From: a virus
Direction: 5' to 3' (one strand)
Virus record (IMG/VR): IMGVR_UViG_3300005573_001500
Length of the DNA stretch: 64,000 bases
Shown here: positions 27,783-37,846 of the stretch, one piece after another
Numbering within the stretch: position 1 is the first letter of the stretch
Layout of the letters: the number at the start of each line of letters is the position of its first letter
Position numbers and translations under genes: made by a program
Notes under the pieces: generated by a model
The model's input: the letters and a program-made list of their open reading frames with translations, nothing else
Databases searched by the model: none
What the model was told of the DNA's origin: nothing

Positions 27783-27989
27783 TTATCTCATCCAACTTTT
27801 CACCATCTTTTTAATCCTATCCCGATAAACGACTAAGAAACCAATAACCACTCCAACAGCTAAAAGTGCCAATCCGCTTATAATCCAATCTGTTAAACTC
27901 ATTGAATAACCTCTTCCGAAGGGAGACGGACATGTGCAAGTCATTAATATTGGACATACTATACTCTCACCTTCTTGATTTTTCAACAT
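27783..27989 (-). CDS. Small single-TM protein
   Basis: C-terminal TM + basic tail; start uncertain. Confidence 0.55.
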   Translation of the reverse strand: MLKNQEGESIVCPILMTCTCPSPFGRGYSMSLTDWIISGLALLAVGVVIGFLVVYRDRIKKMVKSWMR

Positions 27990-28225
27990 TCCTTATCATT
28001 TAGAATTTCAGCGTAATCCCCAAAACTTCTGATTCTGGCAACAACCATTTCAGCAAATGTTTTGCTTTCAACAGTAAATTCAAACTCAATAGGTCTATTC
28101 TCAGATTTGAATGGCGAAATGTCAATTACCCCAGCATAGCGTAAATGTTCAAGAACTATTCGTTTGTAGGGTTCACCAAAAGGTGACATTTTAACTTTTA
28201 TCCTCACCATACTACAAGCCCCCAT
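27983..28225 (-). CDS. Hypothetical protein
   Basis: 80 aa, alpha/beta pattern. Confidence 0.6.
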   Translation of the reverse strand: MGACSMVRIKVKMSPFGEPYKRIVLEHLRYAGVIDISPFKSENRPIEFEFTVESKTFAEMVVARIRSFGDYAEILNDKEC

Positions 28226-28421
28226 AATGTTCAGACATTTGCTCTAAATGACGACCAAGCAAACAGCATAGACAGATTAAGTGTCGTTCGTTGTATGAAC
28301 ATGCCATCCTAATTTGGTTTGGAAATCTACACTCAAGCTGTTTGTTTTTAATCCAAGGACAAAATATTTTAGTTTGACGTTTTTGTTCTTCCTCTTTAAT
28401 CATTTCTTCTGAAACGCCCAT
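28212..28421 (-). CDS. Cys-rich small protein
   Basis: CPW...C...C...CLCC; GGTGA RBS. Confidence 0.6.
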   Translation of the reverse strand: MGVSEEMIKEEEQKRQTKIFCPWIKNKQLECRFPNQIRMACSYNERHLICLCCLLGRHLEQMSEHYGGL

Positions 28422-28645
28422 ACTATCACCTATATTTTTCTAGCCTAGTTACTATATCGTTCCGTTGTTTTTGCTTTTTCTTTCAAACTCAAATTTTTAC
28501 ACCTCGCATGGTTTTCTTAAACCCAGAAATTGATATGGACAAGACCAACAGATTGGTTTTTTACATTGCTTTCTTTTCAAACTACTCATGTTTGCTCAAC
28601 CTCTTCTAATAGGATGCTTTTCAATCTCTCTTCCAAGTTTTTCAG

Positions 28646-28861
28646 CTAAACATTTCTTACAGATGTCTTCCTCTTCGTGTTCACTTCCGTTAGAAACTCA
28701 TCTATCAATATTCTCCCATCAAAAGTTTGAACAAACCAGACTCCACATTTTCTGCAATAATATTGGTAGCCGCTGTCTTTTCCAGAGTTACAGCACATTC
28801 CATCTGGTTTAAACCGTATTGCACCGCAGTTAGGACATTTTACACTTTTCATTTTCATCAC
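28646..28861 (-). CDS. Zinc-ribbon protein
   Basis: CPNCG...YYCRKCG. Confidence 0.65.
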   Translation of the reverse strand: MMKMKSVKCPNCGAIRFKPDGMCCNSGKDSGYQYYCRKCGVWFVQTFDGRILIDEFLTEVNTKRKTSVRNV

Positions 28862-29278
28862 TTATTTTGTTATTTTTACTTCTACCTGTATTCCTTTTGC
28901 TTTCAATATTTCTTTGTAAGTGTTTATTAACTCTTGATAAGGATTAACTTTACCTGAAAATTGAGAATAGAAATCCATTATTTCTGTTAATCTGTATAGG
29001 AATTTTGAACTGAATGTTATTGCTCCTCTTTTTTCTATTATGCCTTTCTTTTTCAAATCATGTATTATGTAGTAGAATGTTGTTTGTGGAATTTCAAGTT
29101 TTTTAGATACATTCTGTAGTGTATCCTCGTTTATTGAACCATTCTTGATAGCTTCTAATATTTTAACAGCATAATGTCTATACGACTTACTCCTTGTGAA
29201 GAGTGTACTGGCGAAATCTTCTAAAGTTTCAATCTTTTTATCCTTACCTATACGTATGGAAGAACTCATTAGTATCAC
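28862..29278 (-). CDS. Winged helix-turn-helix regulator
   Basis: LQNVSKKLEIPQTTFYYIIHDLKKKGIIEK. Confidence 0.7.
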   Translation of the reverse strand: MILMSSSIRIGKDKKIETLEDFASTLFTRSKSYRHYAVKILEAIKNGSINEDTLQNVSKKLEIPQTTFYYIIHDLKKKGIIEKRGAITFSSKFLYRLTEIMDFYSQFSGKVNPYQELINTYKEILKAKGIQVEVKITK

Positions 29279-29309
29279 ATTCTTTCAAGTAATTTTGCAA
29301 TTTTTACTA

Positions 29310-29483
29310 TCACTCATCTGGTATTCCTTTATTTAACAGAACATCTTCTAAGTTTTTCTTATACACTTCTATCATCTTCTTCAAACCGTCATTTTCTGCT
29401 TCTAGTGCTAATATACGTGCTTTTAGCTGTTCTAATGTTAAACCTTCCATTTCTTTTAGCAATTTTTTATAATCAAGACCCAT
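29310..29483 (-). CDS. Coiled-coil micro-protein, 57 aa; not in ORF track
   Basis: MGLDYKKLLKEMEGLTLEQLKARILALEAENDGLKKMIE... Confidence 0.65.
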   Translation of the reverse strand: MGLDYKKLLKEMEGLTLEQLKARILALEAENDGLKKMIEVYKKNLEDVLLNKGIPDE

Positions 29484-29489
29484 TTTCTC

Positions 29490-29789
29490 TCACTCTTCGC
29501 TTACTGTAAACTTTACACCAACCGGTCTATCATCTGCAAACTCAATTGCTTTTACCTCATAGAGTTTATATCCAGCACTAATAAAACTTTCTTTGAAATT
29601 TTTTATTTCTTCATCTGACACAGCCTTATAGTATGCATAGGTTAATGGTCTGGAAGTTTTTAATGGATACATCAGTATTTCTCTGTCTCCTGAAATGTAA
29701 ACTCCATATTTGTCGGCTGTTGCATTTTCACTTATCCAACGTTCAAACTCTTTCTGTTGATCAAACACAAACCTAGTCATTTTTATCAC
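29490..29789 (-). CDS. Hypothetical protein
   Basis: 99 aa, GGTGA RBS. Confidence 0.7.
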   Translation of the reverse strand: MIKMTRFVFDQQKEFERWISENATADKYGVYISGDREILMYPLKTSRPLTYAYYKAVSDEEIKNFKESFISAGYKLYEVKAIEFADDRPVGVKFTVSEE

Positions 29790-30051
29790 CTATTATTTTC
29801 TTGTATCTGTTTAATATAAGATACTGAACAACTATTGCTCCCAAAGTAAAGAAAAACGCAGAAAACATTGTATTGAAGAAAAACTCTGGAGATTTTAATG
29901 AGTATCCAATACAACCCATTATTGCAAACACTAAACTTATCATCAACAAAAACAACGTATCATTTCGGAGCATAAGTATGTCAAACTGTATTGACTTGTA
30001 TAGTTGCCACAGCTTCTTGTTTCTTTCGCTTAACTCATTTCTCTTTTTCAT
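29773..30051 (-). CDS. Two-TM membrane protein
   Basis: Hydrophobic hairpin. Confidence 0.6.
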   Translation of the reverse strand: MKKRNELSERNKKLWQLYKSIQFDILMLRNDTLFLLMISLVFAIMGCIGYSLKSPEFFFNTMFSAFFFTLGAIVVQYLILNRYKKIIGDKND

Positions 30052-30283
30052 TTTGCTTCACCTTTCTTACCTTTTTCCTTATAACTATTTCATAATCATT
30101 TGCACCTACATTTGGTATTTCCCCGATAAACTGTTTATCAACTTCTTGCAATAATCCTTCTAAAAGCTCTAAAGTTTGAAGTGTTTTATTTGGTTCAGTT
30201 TTTGCTATTTGACAGTAGGCTTTAAGCGTTCCTAACTGCGTTCCTGTTAAATAATATCGCTCTCCCATGCTATCACCAACCAT
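30035..30283 (-). CDS. Hypothetical protein
   Basis: Likely start ATG 30268 after GGTGA. Confidence 0.6.
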   Translation of the reverse strand: MVGDSMGERYYLTGTQLGTLKAYCQIAKTEPNKTLQTLELLEGLLQEVDKQFIGEIPNVGANDYEIVIRKKVRKVKQNEKEK

Positions 30284-31218
30284 ATGATTTCATTAGTTGA
30301 CTTGCTATTTTCTCTTGTTTCTCAACATCTTTCTCCCAGATTATAGCTCGTTTCAACCATTTTCTAATAGCTTCTTTCATTGTCTTCACCACACTACTTA
30401 TAATTATTGATTTTATTTATAAACTTTTCGGTTGAATTTATAAAACCTTTCATCTCATTTTTCTCTACATTATTGTTTTGTTAAGTTTTTCTTATAATCA
30501 TTGTTGTTAAGTGTTTTGTTTGATTGTTTTATCGATACTTTGACTAAGAGTTTAGCCTTCACAGTTTTTAAGTATTAATTATAATTTTCACTTCTCTTTG
30601 CCTTGTATAAGTTTTTCCCAACATTTTTCGTATTCAGGACATTGTCTGCAACTTATCATTTTTCTAATAGTTTCAAGCATAGGACAGAGTTTAAGCACTT
30701 TTCTATTCTTATAACTTCGCTTTGTCATTCTGTTGTTACTCCTCTTTATTGTTTTTTAAGTTCTGTTTATAATTAAGGAGTGGACACAAATCTTTTCTGC
30801 AATATCCCACTGTTCCGTCTATTGCTAGACAATTTGCATCTCCTAATTGGTCAAAAACCCGATACTGACAATCTCTTTCAATAATCTTTTCCTTCAAATT
30901 GTTTCACTTTTTTCTAATTTTGTCTAACCATAATATTTCTTCGCTTTTTCCTTTAGCTAGATTAACAACATATTTTTCATAGATACAATCAATAAATGCA
31001 CATCCACGACCACCATTAACTATGTTATGTGGACAGTCTTTACAGAGAGAGCCGATATTAATAACGACAAGTTCTTTCATTCTATTGTCGCTCCATCCTT
31101 ATTCTATTGTTACTCCTATTAGTTTCAAGTATTCTTCAAACACTTTCAATTGTTTTTCTGTTGGCTCTCTGTTATAAGTGTTTTTGAATATCTGTTTTAA
31201 CTGTTCACGTTTAACCAT
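30273..31218 (-). other. Cluster of five micro-ORFs missing from the ORF track: 30273..30380 (35 aa), 30588..30728 (46 aa), 30736..30897 (53 aa), 30904..31080 (58 aa), 31099..31218 (39 aa)
   Basis: Translated by hand; RBS-preceded; three carry 4-Cys patterns; BRE+TATA elements at about 30410-30428 and 31255-31270. Confidence 0.6.
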
Positions 31219-31273
31219 TCACTTACCCTCCACAACTGATTATTTATGAATAACAGTATATAAGTTTTTCTAC

Positions 31274-31525
31274 TTATTCAAAATTGAACTCTATTTCGCC
31301 TGTTATCGTCTCAGTTCTACCATCTTTAGTTATCCATATCCTTGAAATGTTTACAGAACTTGTTATTTTTGAAAGGTTCACTTCTTTATGCGTGTTAAAA
31401 ATGATGTGTATAACGTTTTCTGCAAAAGAGTGCACTTTCACATCTTCAATGTTCATATTTTTAAGTAAATTGACAACTGTTGGAATCTGTTTTTCATCTC
31501 TTAAAATCATCTCATACCTAGGCAA
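31274..31525 (-). CDS. Small alpha/beta protein ending in EIEFNFE
   Basis: 83 aa; acidic-aromatic tail. Confidence 0.6.
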   Translation of the reverse strand: MPRYEMILRDEKQIPTVVNLLKNMNIEDVKVHSFAENVIHIIFNTHKEVNLSKITSSVNISRIWITKDGRTETITGEIEFNFE

Positions 31526-31538
31526 TATTGTTCAACTC

Positions 31539-31748
31539 CTATCTCATTATTGTTACGGTTTTTATTTCTTTTACTTTTTCAACTGGTATTTCTTGTCTTT
31601 CGCTATTATGCCTTATTACTATTTTGACCTGTTTTTCATTATGCACATAAGCTTCCAATCTAACATTAACAATTACAGAATCATCTACCAATTTAACATT
31701 AACTCTTTTACCAAGCAACTCTTTAATATATGTATATGTTATTGACAT
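31539..31748 (-). CDS. Sm/LSm-like fold protein
   Basis: LLGKRVNVKLVDDSVIVNVRLEAY...IVI...EIPVEKVKEI matches Sm1/Sm2 spacing. Confidence 0.5.
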   Translation of the reverse strand: MSITYTYIKELLGKRVNVKLVDDSVIVNVRLEAYVHNEKQVKIVIRHNSERQEIPVEKVKEIKTVTIMR

Positions 31749-31752
31749 AATT

Positions 31753-31791
31753 GTGAAAGAGAAAAAGAAAAGAAAGTTAGGAAAAAGATGG
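31753..31791 (-). terminator. Pyrimidine-rich terminator after 31797..32258
   Basis: CCATCTTTTTCCTAACTTTCTTTTCTTTTTCTCTTTCAC on minus strand. Confidence 0.5.
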
Positions 31792-31796
31792 TGTTT

Positions 31797-32258
31797 TTAC
31801 TTTAGTGTTTTTTCGATTTCTTCTGGTGTTATTTCTTTAGGTGCTTCTGGTTTTTCTGTTATTTCTGGTAGAAACTCTTTTATTGCTTCTGGACTATAAG
31901 TGTAGAATTTAACTTTGACTTTTTGCCCTTCTGGAGTTGTCACAGTTCTCTCAACTTTCACAATATATCCGTGACGAGTAATGTAACCCAAAGAAAATGC
32001 GAAGTCCTTACCGATTTCCTTTGAGATTTCACTTTTCGCTTCTTCCACTAACTTTCTAAGTTCAGTTCTAGTTTTTGCTAGTCCCCCTTTGTTATAAAGT
32101 TTCTTCATAAAAACAGCGGTTGCTCTTCGTCTCAGTCCTACTGGAGCTTTCTTCTTCAATGTTTCGAGTCTTGCTTGTACCTCTTTTTCAATTATCTCTG
32201 ATAAAGGTTTCATTCCTTCTGGTGTAGGTATCATTATCTTCTCATATTCTTTTGCCAA
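31797..32258 (-). CDS. Basic, probable winged-helix DNA-binding protein with own promoter
   Basis: Lys/Arg-rich; LGYITRHGYIVKVER wing; promoter at 32307..32322. Confidence 0.55.
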   Translation of the reverse strand: MAKEYEKIMIPTPEGMKPLSEIIEKEVQARLETLKKKAPVGLRRRATAVFMKKLYNKGGLAKTRTELRKLVEEAKSEISKEIGKDFAFSLGYITRHGYIVKVERTVTTPEGQKVKVKFYTYSPEAIKEFLPEITEKPEAPKEITPEEIEKTLK

Positions 32259-32306
32259 ACATTTTACCTCCTCAAGTTGTACGTTTCTATAAATAAGTAA
32301 TGTATT

Positions 32307-32322
32307 GCTTTATAAAGTTTTC
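32307..32322 (-). promoter_or_regulatory. BRE+TATA promoter
   Basis: GAAAACTTTATAAAGC on minus strand upstream of 31797..32258. Confidence 0.65.
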
Positions 32323-32327
32323 GTTTG

Positions 32328-34721
32328 TTATTCAAAGTTGAAATGTATTGTGTCATCTTCAAACTCTAATTTTATCTCTTCATCTATATAATCTGTTAAT
32401 GTTCTTTCAGCTCCAATATTCATTTTCAACGGTATTGTCACTTGACTAACAAGGCTATCTAAAAGTTCAATGTACTTTTCAACATTAACATTATTCTTAT
32501 CTTTGACAACCTCATAAGGTTTTGCAGTATAACGTTTATCATTAACTAAAATTTTATGTATATAATCTCCAGCTTTTTTGTGTACGCCTAATTCACGGTA
32601 TTGATGTGCAACTTCATAGTCTTGACCTTCACCGTCATCTTTTTTAAGTCTTCTTTTTATTATTAGTTCTTCAAGTTTAAAGCTTCTCATTCTAAGCTGT
32701 TTATGACTCTCATGTAATATCTTACGTATTTCGTCTTTAGCACGTTCAAGTTCTACAGTATTATTGACATTTTTTAATGTTTCAGCTATTTGAATAAACA
32801 CTTTCTTGAAAAACACGCACACGTCCTTCTTTTTACCTACAAGACCTACAATATCACATTTGTTTTCTTTTGTTATTCCAAGATAGTTCTTCTTTTTCCA
32901 TAAAATACATAGCTTATAATTTTTCTGGACATCCAGCTTAATCTTCAACTGATTATACACATCATCTATAAACTTTTGAATGTTCTCAGATTTATCAGTT
33001 TTAATGAACAAGCTGTCAGTATCTCCGTATAGTACTTTTATGTTGTGTTTTTCAGCTATTTTCATCATTTGCCTAAAAGAGTATCTAGCACATGCTGTTA
33101 TTGTTGAAGCTACTGCCGGTATAATGTTCTTGTAGATTCCATAACTACTATTACAATGTAGTTTAAGAGTTTCTATAAAACTTGGGTCTGCATTATTATG
33201 TTTCATTTCTATTCTTAAATCTTTTAAGCATCCTATTGTCATACTGAATAACGATTTGTTTTTAGTGCAAATGTGAAACGAATGTTCAGGAGCAATATTT
33301 GTTTTGCATTCTTTATGTGGGCATGCTAGTGTTTCTGGGCCAATATTGAATTTGTCTATTACGTTAGGATACATTGACGGAACATCTAACACGTAAACGT
33401 TGAAATATACGTTTGGTTCGGGTTCTAATGTTATTGCTCCTTCGTATGAGTTTTCTTTTTTATTTGATTTTTTGATTGGTAATAATGTTTTTGGTGTTAA
33501 GTCGTTTTTGTTTGGTATCAAAGTGTTGAACAATCTGTATATCCAGTTCATTTGGTATTTTGCTATTATTTTTGTTAAGTTTATTCTATAAATGTCTTGA
33601 AGAGAAATGTTTGTTATTCTTGAAAACAGAAAGAGTAGTTTGAATATTTTGTAGTTGTCTTTCTGTGCTATTTTATATACTATTTCTGAATCTTTCAAAC
33701 ATCTTTTCTTAAGTTCTATGTCCGTACAGAAGTTAAGGTTAGGCATAGGTTCTTTTGTTTCGTTTAGTAGTACTCGTGCTATTTCTTCTAGTGTGTTATT
33801 TTCTGCTTCTTCTAACTGTTTGAATGCTGGTCTAAACAGGGAATGCGTTAGTATTTTGTAAATGTCTAAGTGTATGCTGTTTTTCAAATTGCATATTGTT
33901 TGTGTTTCTGTTTTTTCTATTTTTATTGGGGATTCTACTTGTAATCTTTTTGCTCTATTATGTAGATATTGTAGGTCAAAGTTGTCTGAGTTAAATCCTA
34001 AAACGAAAGGGTAACTCTCGATAATACTGAATGCTTTTCTCAATAATTCTTTTTCGTCTTTGAAGTATTCTATTTCTTTATCGTTTGCTGATTGTACAAT
34101 TAAGTGAGAATCTTTAAGTATAAACACTTTCCTATAATCGTCTGAACAAAAAGAACATGCTACTATTGGTTGTTCAGCTTTCTCTACGTCTGGATATTCG
34201 TTTTGAAGTGTTCTCACTTCTATGTCTAATGCTACGTATTTAACTTTAGGAACATACAAGTTGAAAACTGTTTTGTACAACTGAAATAGTGAGTTTCTGT
34301 CGTTAGGCTTTAACGTTAAACTGTGTAAACCATTAGGGTATTGATAGCCGAATATTAATCTGTTATCGTATGCGAAACAGTATGGGTATTTAATGTCGTC
34401 TTCATATGAGCTTCTAAGTTTTGTTCTTAATCCAGTTTTGCTTCTTTTATCATACACTATGCTTGGGTTTGAAACAGATATTTTATATAAACTTTCATAT
34501 TTATCGTGAATAATGTTATACTTTGTTATTGGTTCTATTTTAAGTATGCCGAATGTTTGCGGTACAATTTCATCTCTTGTTAAAAGGTATGGATTGTGTT
34601 CTTGAGTGTTTAGTTCTTTTTCTATTTCTTTTTTTGATTTTCTAGTTATAGTATGTGTGATGTCATCATATAACCAGAATGTTAAGTCATTATCGTAACT
34701 GTAATTTACGAGAAAAAGCAT
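32328..34721 (-). CDS. polB: Family B DNA polymerase, RNA-primed type, resembling the archaeal PolB1 clade
   Basis: ExoI ALDIE, ExoII GFNSDNFD, DVPSMYP, KLHCNSSYG, YGDTDS, KKNY; ETLACPHKECK..APEHSFHICTK insert and YEDDIKY..FAYD N-terminus resemble PolB1. Confidence 0.95.
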   Translation of the reverse strand: MLFLVNYSYDNDLTFWLYDDITHTITRKSKKEIEKELNTQEHNPYLLTRDEIVPQTFGILKIEPITKYNIIHDKYESLYKISVSNPSIVYDKRSKTGLRTKLRSSYEDDIKYPYCFAYDNRLIFGYQYPNGLHSLTLKPNDRNSLFQLYKTVFNLYVPKVKYVALDIEVRTLQNEYPDVEKAEQPIVACSFCSDDYRKVFILKDSHLIVQSANDKEIEYFKDEKELLRKAFSIIESYPFVLGFNSDNFDLQYLHNRAKRLQVESPIKIEKTETQTICNLKNSIHLDIYKILTHSLFRPAFKQLEEAENNTLEEIARVLLNETKEPMPNLNFCTDIELKKRCLKDSEIVYKIAQKDNYKIFKLLFLFSRITNISLQDIYRINLTKIIAKYQMNWIYRLFNTLIPNKNDLTPKTLLPIKKSNKKENSYEGAITLEPEPNVYFNVYVLDVPSMYPNVIDKFNIGPETLACPHKECKTNIAPEHSFHICTKNKSLFSMTIGCLKDLRIEMKHNNADPSFIETLKLHCNSSYGIYKNIIPAVASTITACARYSFRQMMKIAEKHNIKVLYGDTDSLFIKTDKSENIQKFIDDVYNQLKIKLDVQKNYKLCILWKKKNYLGITKENKCDIVGLVGKKKDVCVFFKKVFIQIAETLKNVNNTVELERAKDEIRKILHESHKQLRMRSFKLEELIIKRRLKKDDGEGQDYEVAHQYRELGVHKKAGDYIHKILVNDKRYTAKPYEVVKDKNNVNVEKYIELLDSLVSQVTIPLKMNIGAERTLTDYIDEEIKLEFEDDTIHFNFE

Positions 34722-34740
34722 AGACTATTCAATCTCCGTT

Positions 34741-34962
34741 TTAAGATAGTGCCGTTTGTACGTGTTTGTTTAACCAACAATACCGAGAATGACGTTTATT
34801 AGAGTTTTTGCATTCATTATTTGAACAGTTAACTACTACACCATTAATAATGTTACAGTAAATTGAACCGTTGACAGTTAAAACAACAACATCTTTAACA
34901 ACAGGACAATATTGATGCACTATACTTGTTTGGTCTTTCCATAAAACTCTTATGTCACTCAT
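34741..34962 (-). CDS. Small Cys-rich protein
   Basis: CP...C...C...C...C. Confidence 0.6.
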   Translation of the reverse strand: MSDIRVLWKDQTSIVHQYCPVVKDVVVLTVNGSIYCNIINGVVVNCSNNECKNSNKRHSRYCWLNKHVQTALS

Positions 34963-35906
34963 TTCTTTTTCTCCTCGTCTATTCCTTTGTCTGAAGGATA
35001 AATTATAAAACTTTCACTTAAAGGGGCTTTAGACTGATGACGCCAAATAGTCACTTCTCTTCTATAATCTGTTAATGAATCTGATAATGTTCTGAATAAT
35101 GTTATGAATTTACAGTTGAAGCTTATTATTGTTTCAGCATTAAGTTTCTCTCTTTTCTTATTCGGGTCAGCAGGGTCTCTACTTGTATGAGCTATTCCAA
35201 CTACTGGTATACTATATGTTTCAGCTATTCTCTGCATACAACCTAATAAGTTATGAAGTAGGTATCCTCTTGATGGAAAGTTTTCTCTTGTTGATGGTAT
35301 TCTCTGTTTAAACAGTTCTAATAGACTATCATAGATTATGCCACATGCTCTAGTTTGGCTTAACAGTTTACCTATAGGAGTACTTTCTATCGGCAGTTCT
35401 TCTGAAGTAACTTTCTTTTCACCTACATAAATGTCTAAAGCGTCTGGTTTCAACCTTTTAACATCTATTCTTCCACCTTCTTCTGTAATTTTGAAGTCTA
35501 TTGGTGTTCCATGTAAACTGAAAAGTTTAAAAATGTCTCTTACAGTTACAACTATTAATGTATTGTCAAACTTATTATTTTTCAAGTTACAGTATTTCCA
35601 GTTTAACCCGTCAAAGTATGCTTCAGCAACGTTATATTTATAGTCAAATCTTTTCTCGAAATTCTCTTTCCATAAAGCAATAGTTAAAAGTGTACCCCCT
35701 TCCGTGTCCAGATATACACATGGTGTTTGTGTTTGTTTTATGAAGCTGAAAGCTTTCTGTATGTTTGTTAATGTTTTATAGCATCTTGTTGTTCCACAGT
35801 CTATTGTTATTATTTTTGATGGTACTCCATGACATAACAGTTCATCATAACTGTTTAAACCGCTTTTTAACGCTTTTATTCCAAGTTCTTCAAGTATGCT
35901 GTTCAA
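34959..35906 (-). CDS. RecA/RadA-family paralog with degenerate Walker A
   Basis: GVPSKIITIDCGTTRCYKT (GxxxxYKT), VYLDTEGG, IIYDSL, IAETYSIPVVGIAH. Confidence 0.7.
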   Translation of the reverse strand: MNSILEELGIKALKSGLNSYDELLCHGVPSKIITIDCGTTRCYKTLTNIQKAFSFIKQTQTPCVYLDTEGGTLLTIALWKENFEKRFDYKYNVAEAYFDGLNWKYCNLKNNKFDNTLIVVTVRDIFKLFSLHGTPIDFKITEEGGRIDVKRLKPDALDIYVGEKKVTSEELPIESTPIGKLLSQTRACGIIYDSLLELFKQRIPSTRENFPSRGYLLHNLLGCMQRIAETYSIPVVGIAHTSRDPADPNKKREKLNAETIISFNCKFITLFRTLSDSLTDYRREVTIWRHQSKAPLSESFIIYPSDKGIDEEKKK

Positions 35907-35917
35907 ATTGTTTCAAC

Positions 35918-36892
35918 CTATATTTCGTTTTTATCTTTCTTTTTATAATATTCTTGGTAAATCCAACAGAAATGGTAATTTGGAAAACGGTACTGTTCAA
36001 AACAGTAAGTGTTTCTTTTCGGTACAAAAACGTATGGTTTTCTAGCGTTTACTCTTATCGGTTTAGCAAACTTTGAAAGTACTTTACATCTGCCTATTCC
36101 GCCTACTTGTTTCGCATAATTGTCTATTATTATCAATGGACAAAAATGTTCTTTTTCTAGTCTATGTATTTCTTTTTCTATTGAAGAGCATACTTGACTG
36201 TAAACTTCAAAGCTTACATTTTTTATTCTCTGTAAAGTTTCATCATCTCCCTTCTCAATTATTATTGTTTTCAATTCACTATTTTTAACTTCTATGCAAT
36301 TATTATCAACAGTCTTACTGACTTCAACATTATTGTTATTGTTTTTCTTTTCAGCTTGAAGAGATAATGCTACTTTCAAAACTAACTGTTCATAGTGAGG
36401 TCTCAGATTTTCTTCTATTTGTTCAAGTTCTAGTTTAGGAACATCATCAGAATTGTTAGATAGAAACAATTTTTCTGCTATATCTCCAGTTGCAATGCAC
36501 TCTTTAGGTTTTTCTCCATTATTCAACATTAAACAAGTCGTATATCTATGACATTTGAAATCTTTATTCAGCAGTACTGAAGGGTGCTTTCTACATCTGT
36601 ATTTTTCTAGGTATTTTTGTTTTATTCTTTCCTTGAAAAGCTTATAGTTACCGTCAAAGTCTAAATCTCTGTCTACTAACATGACATTATCTTCTACAAA
36701 CACATATTCAGGAAACACTTCACACATTAAGTCTGCTAACAGTTTAAGCCTCAAACTATTCAACTGTATTTTTCCTTGACTCAGCAACTCTGAAATCTCT
36801 TGTTTACTGTACGAGAATTTTTTGCTGTTAAAACTTATTGTCGTTATGCTATCATTAGTCTGAGACACATAAAGACCGTTAGATTTTTTCAA
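35918..36892 (-). CDS. Hypothetical protein with own promoter
   Basis: 324 aa; upstream GAAAAATTTTATAAATA. Confidence 0.7.
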   Translation of the reverse strand: MKKSNGLYVSQTNDSITTISFNSKKFSYSKQEISELLSQGKIQLNSLRLKLLADLMCEVFPEYVFVEDNVMLVDRDLDFDGNYKLFKERIKQKYLEKYRCRKHPSVLLNKDFKCHRYTTCLMLNNGEKPKECIATGDIAEKLFLSNNSDDVPKLELEQIEENLRPHYEQLVLKVALSLQAEKKNNNNNVEVSKTVDNNCIEVKNSELKTIIIEKGDDETLQRIKNVSFEVYSQVCSSIEKEIHRLEKEHFCPLIIIDNYAKQVGGIGRCKVLSKFAKPIRVNARKPYVFVPKRNTYCFEQYRFPNYHFCWIYQEYYKKKDKNEI

Positions 36893-37014
36893 TTAAATCA
36901 CAAAGAACACTATAATGTCAAATTGTATTTATAAAATTTTTCAATAAAACTATGTTAAAAACAGAAAAAGAGAAGAGTAAACGTATGTTTGATTTTAAAT
37001 ATTCTTGTTTATTT

Positions 37015-37197
37015 TTAGACTCCTCTTTTTTGCCATATTGTTTTTCTTACTGGTTCTCCGTTTAAGAGTTTAAGATAACATTTAGGACAATAGTATGTGT
37101 CAAAGAATATGATGTAGAAAGCATCTTTCTTGTTTATGATTTTTCTACAGTTGAAGCATACTACTTTTTCTTGTTCTTGTTGTTTTGTTATTCCCAT
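37015..37197 (-). CDS. Small zinc-finger protein
   Basis: CFNC...YYCPKC. Confidence 0.6.
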   Translation of the reverse strand: MGITKQQEQEKVVCFNCRKIINKKDAFYIIFFDTYYCPKCYLKLLNGEPVRKTIWQKRGV

Positions 37198-37846
37198 ATT
37201 ACTCTCCTGTCTTCTTTATGAGCTTTCACGTTTTCAGGGTCACTGTCATCTACTATTATTGGTGTTATTCCTTGTTCTTCTAGTTTTCTAATTTTTTCAG
37301 TTGTTGCTTCTGACTTCCATATTAGCATTTCTATACGTTGTGGTATAAAAGCGTAAAATATCGCTTTCTTATATGCTGGTTCAGATTTTAAAGGTGTATT
37401 TTCTATTGAACTGTTGAATGGTACTTTAGGATGTGCTAGTAGTACCCATGTTTCTCCTAGTTTTAAGTCTTTTGGTATTTTTGCTATTCTTTTTGATACA
37501 CCCATTGTTTGTGCTTCTTTTATGAACGATTCTGGTGTGTAGTATTGACTTCCTACCCACATTAGTCCATATTTGTCTAAATTGTATTGTTCAGGTGTAC
37601 ATAATGTTTTATACAGAGACATTTCTGTTTGTCATGATTGTTTGAATAATGCAGAATGTATTTTTTACTTATCCACAGAAAAGCCTTGGTAAATGGTATT
37701 TCATAACCACAGCATTCGCATTCTTTAATTTCTAGTGGTAACATATCACATGGAACAGATATACCGCTACCTGCAAGATATAGACCACCAACTTTTCTGT
37801 ACCCGCATCCACGTTTAGGCTCAATCGGCATATTTAATCCCACCAA
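37188..37846 (-). pseudogene. Split homolog of a phage-type protein (RGCGYRK.GGLYL...GLxWVG...TPESF.EA..MGVS.RI); frameshift near 37580-37625
   Basis: Two overlapping ORFs (37577..37846 and 37188..37622) read as N- and C-halves of one family as I recall it; one added base would fuse them. Confidence 0.55.

Noticed and set aside
13918-34721. Inteins in the long ATPase or PolB
   Set aside because: No C/S...HN splice junctions or LAGLIDADG blocks; core motifs are normally spaced.
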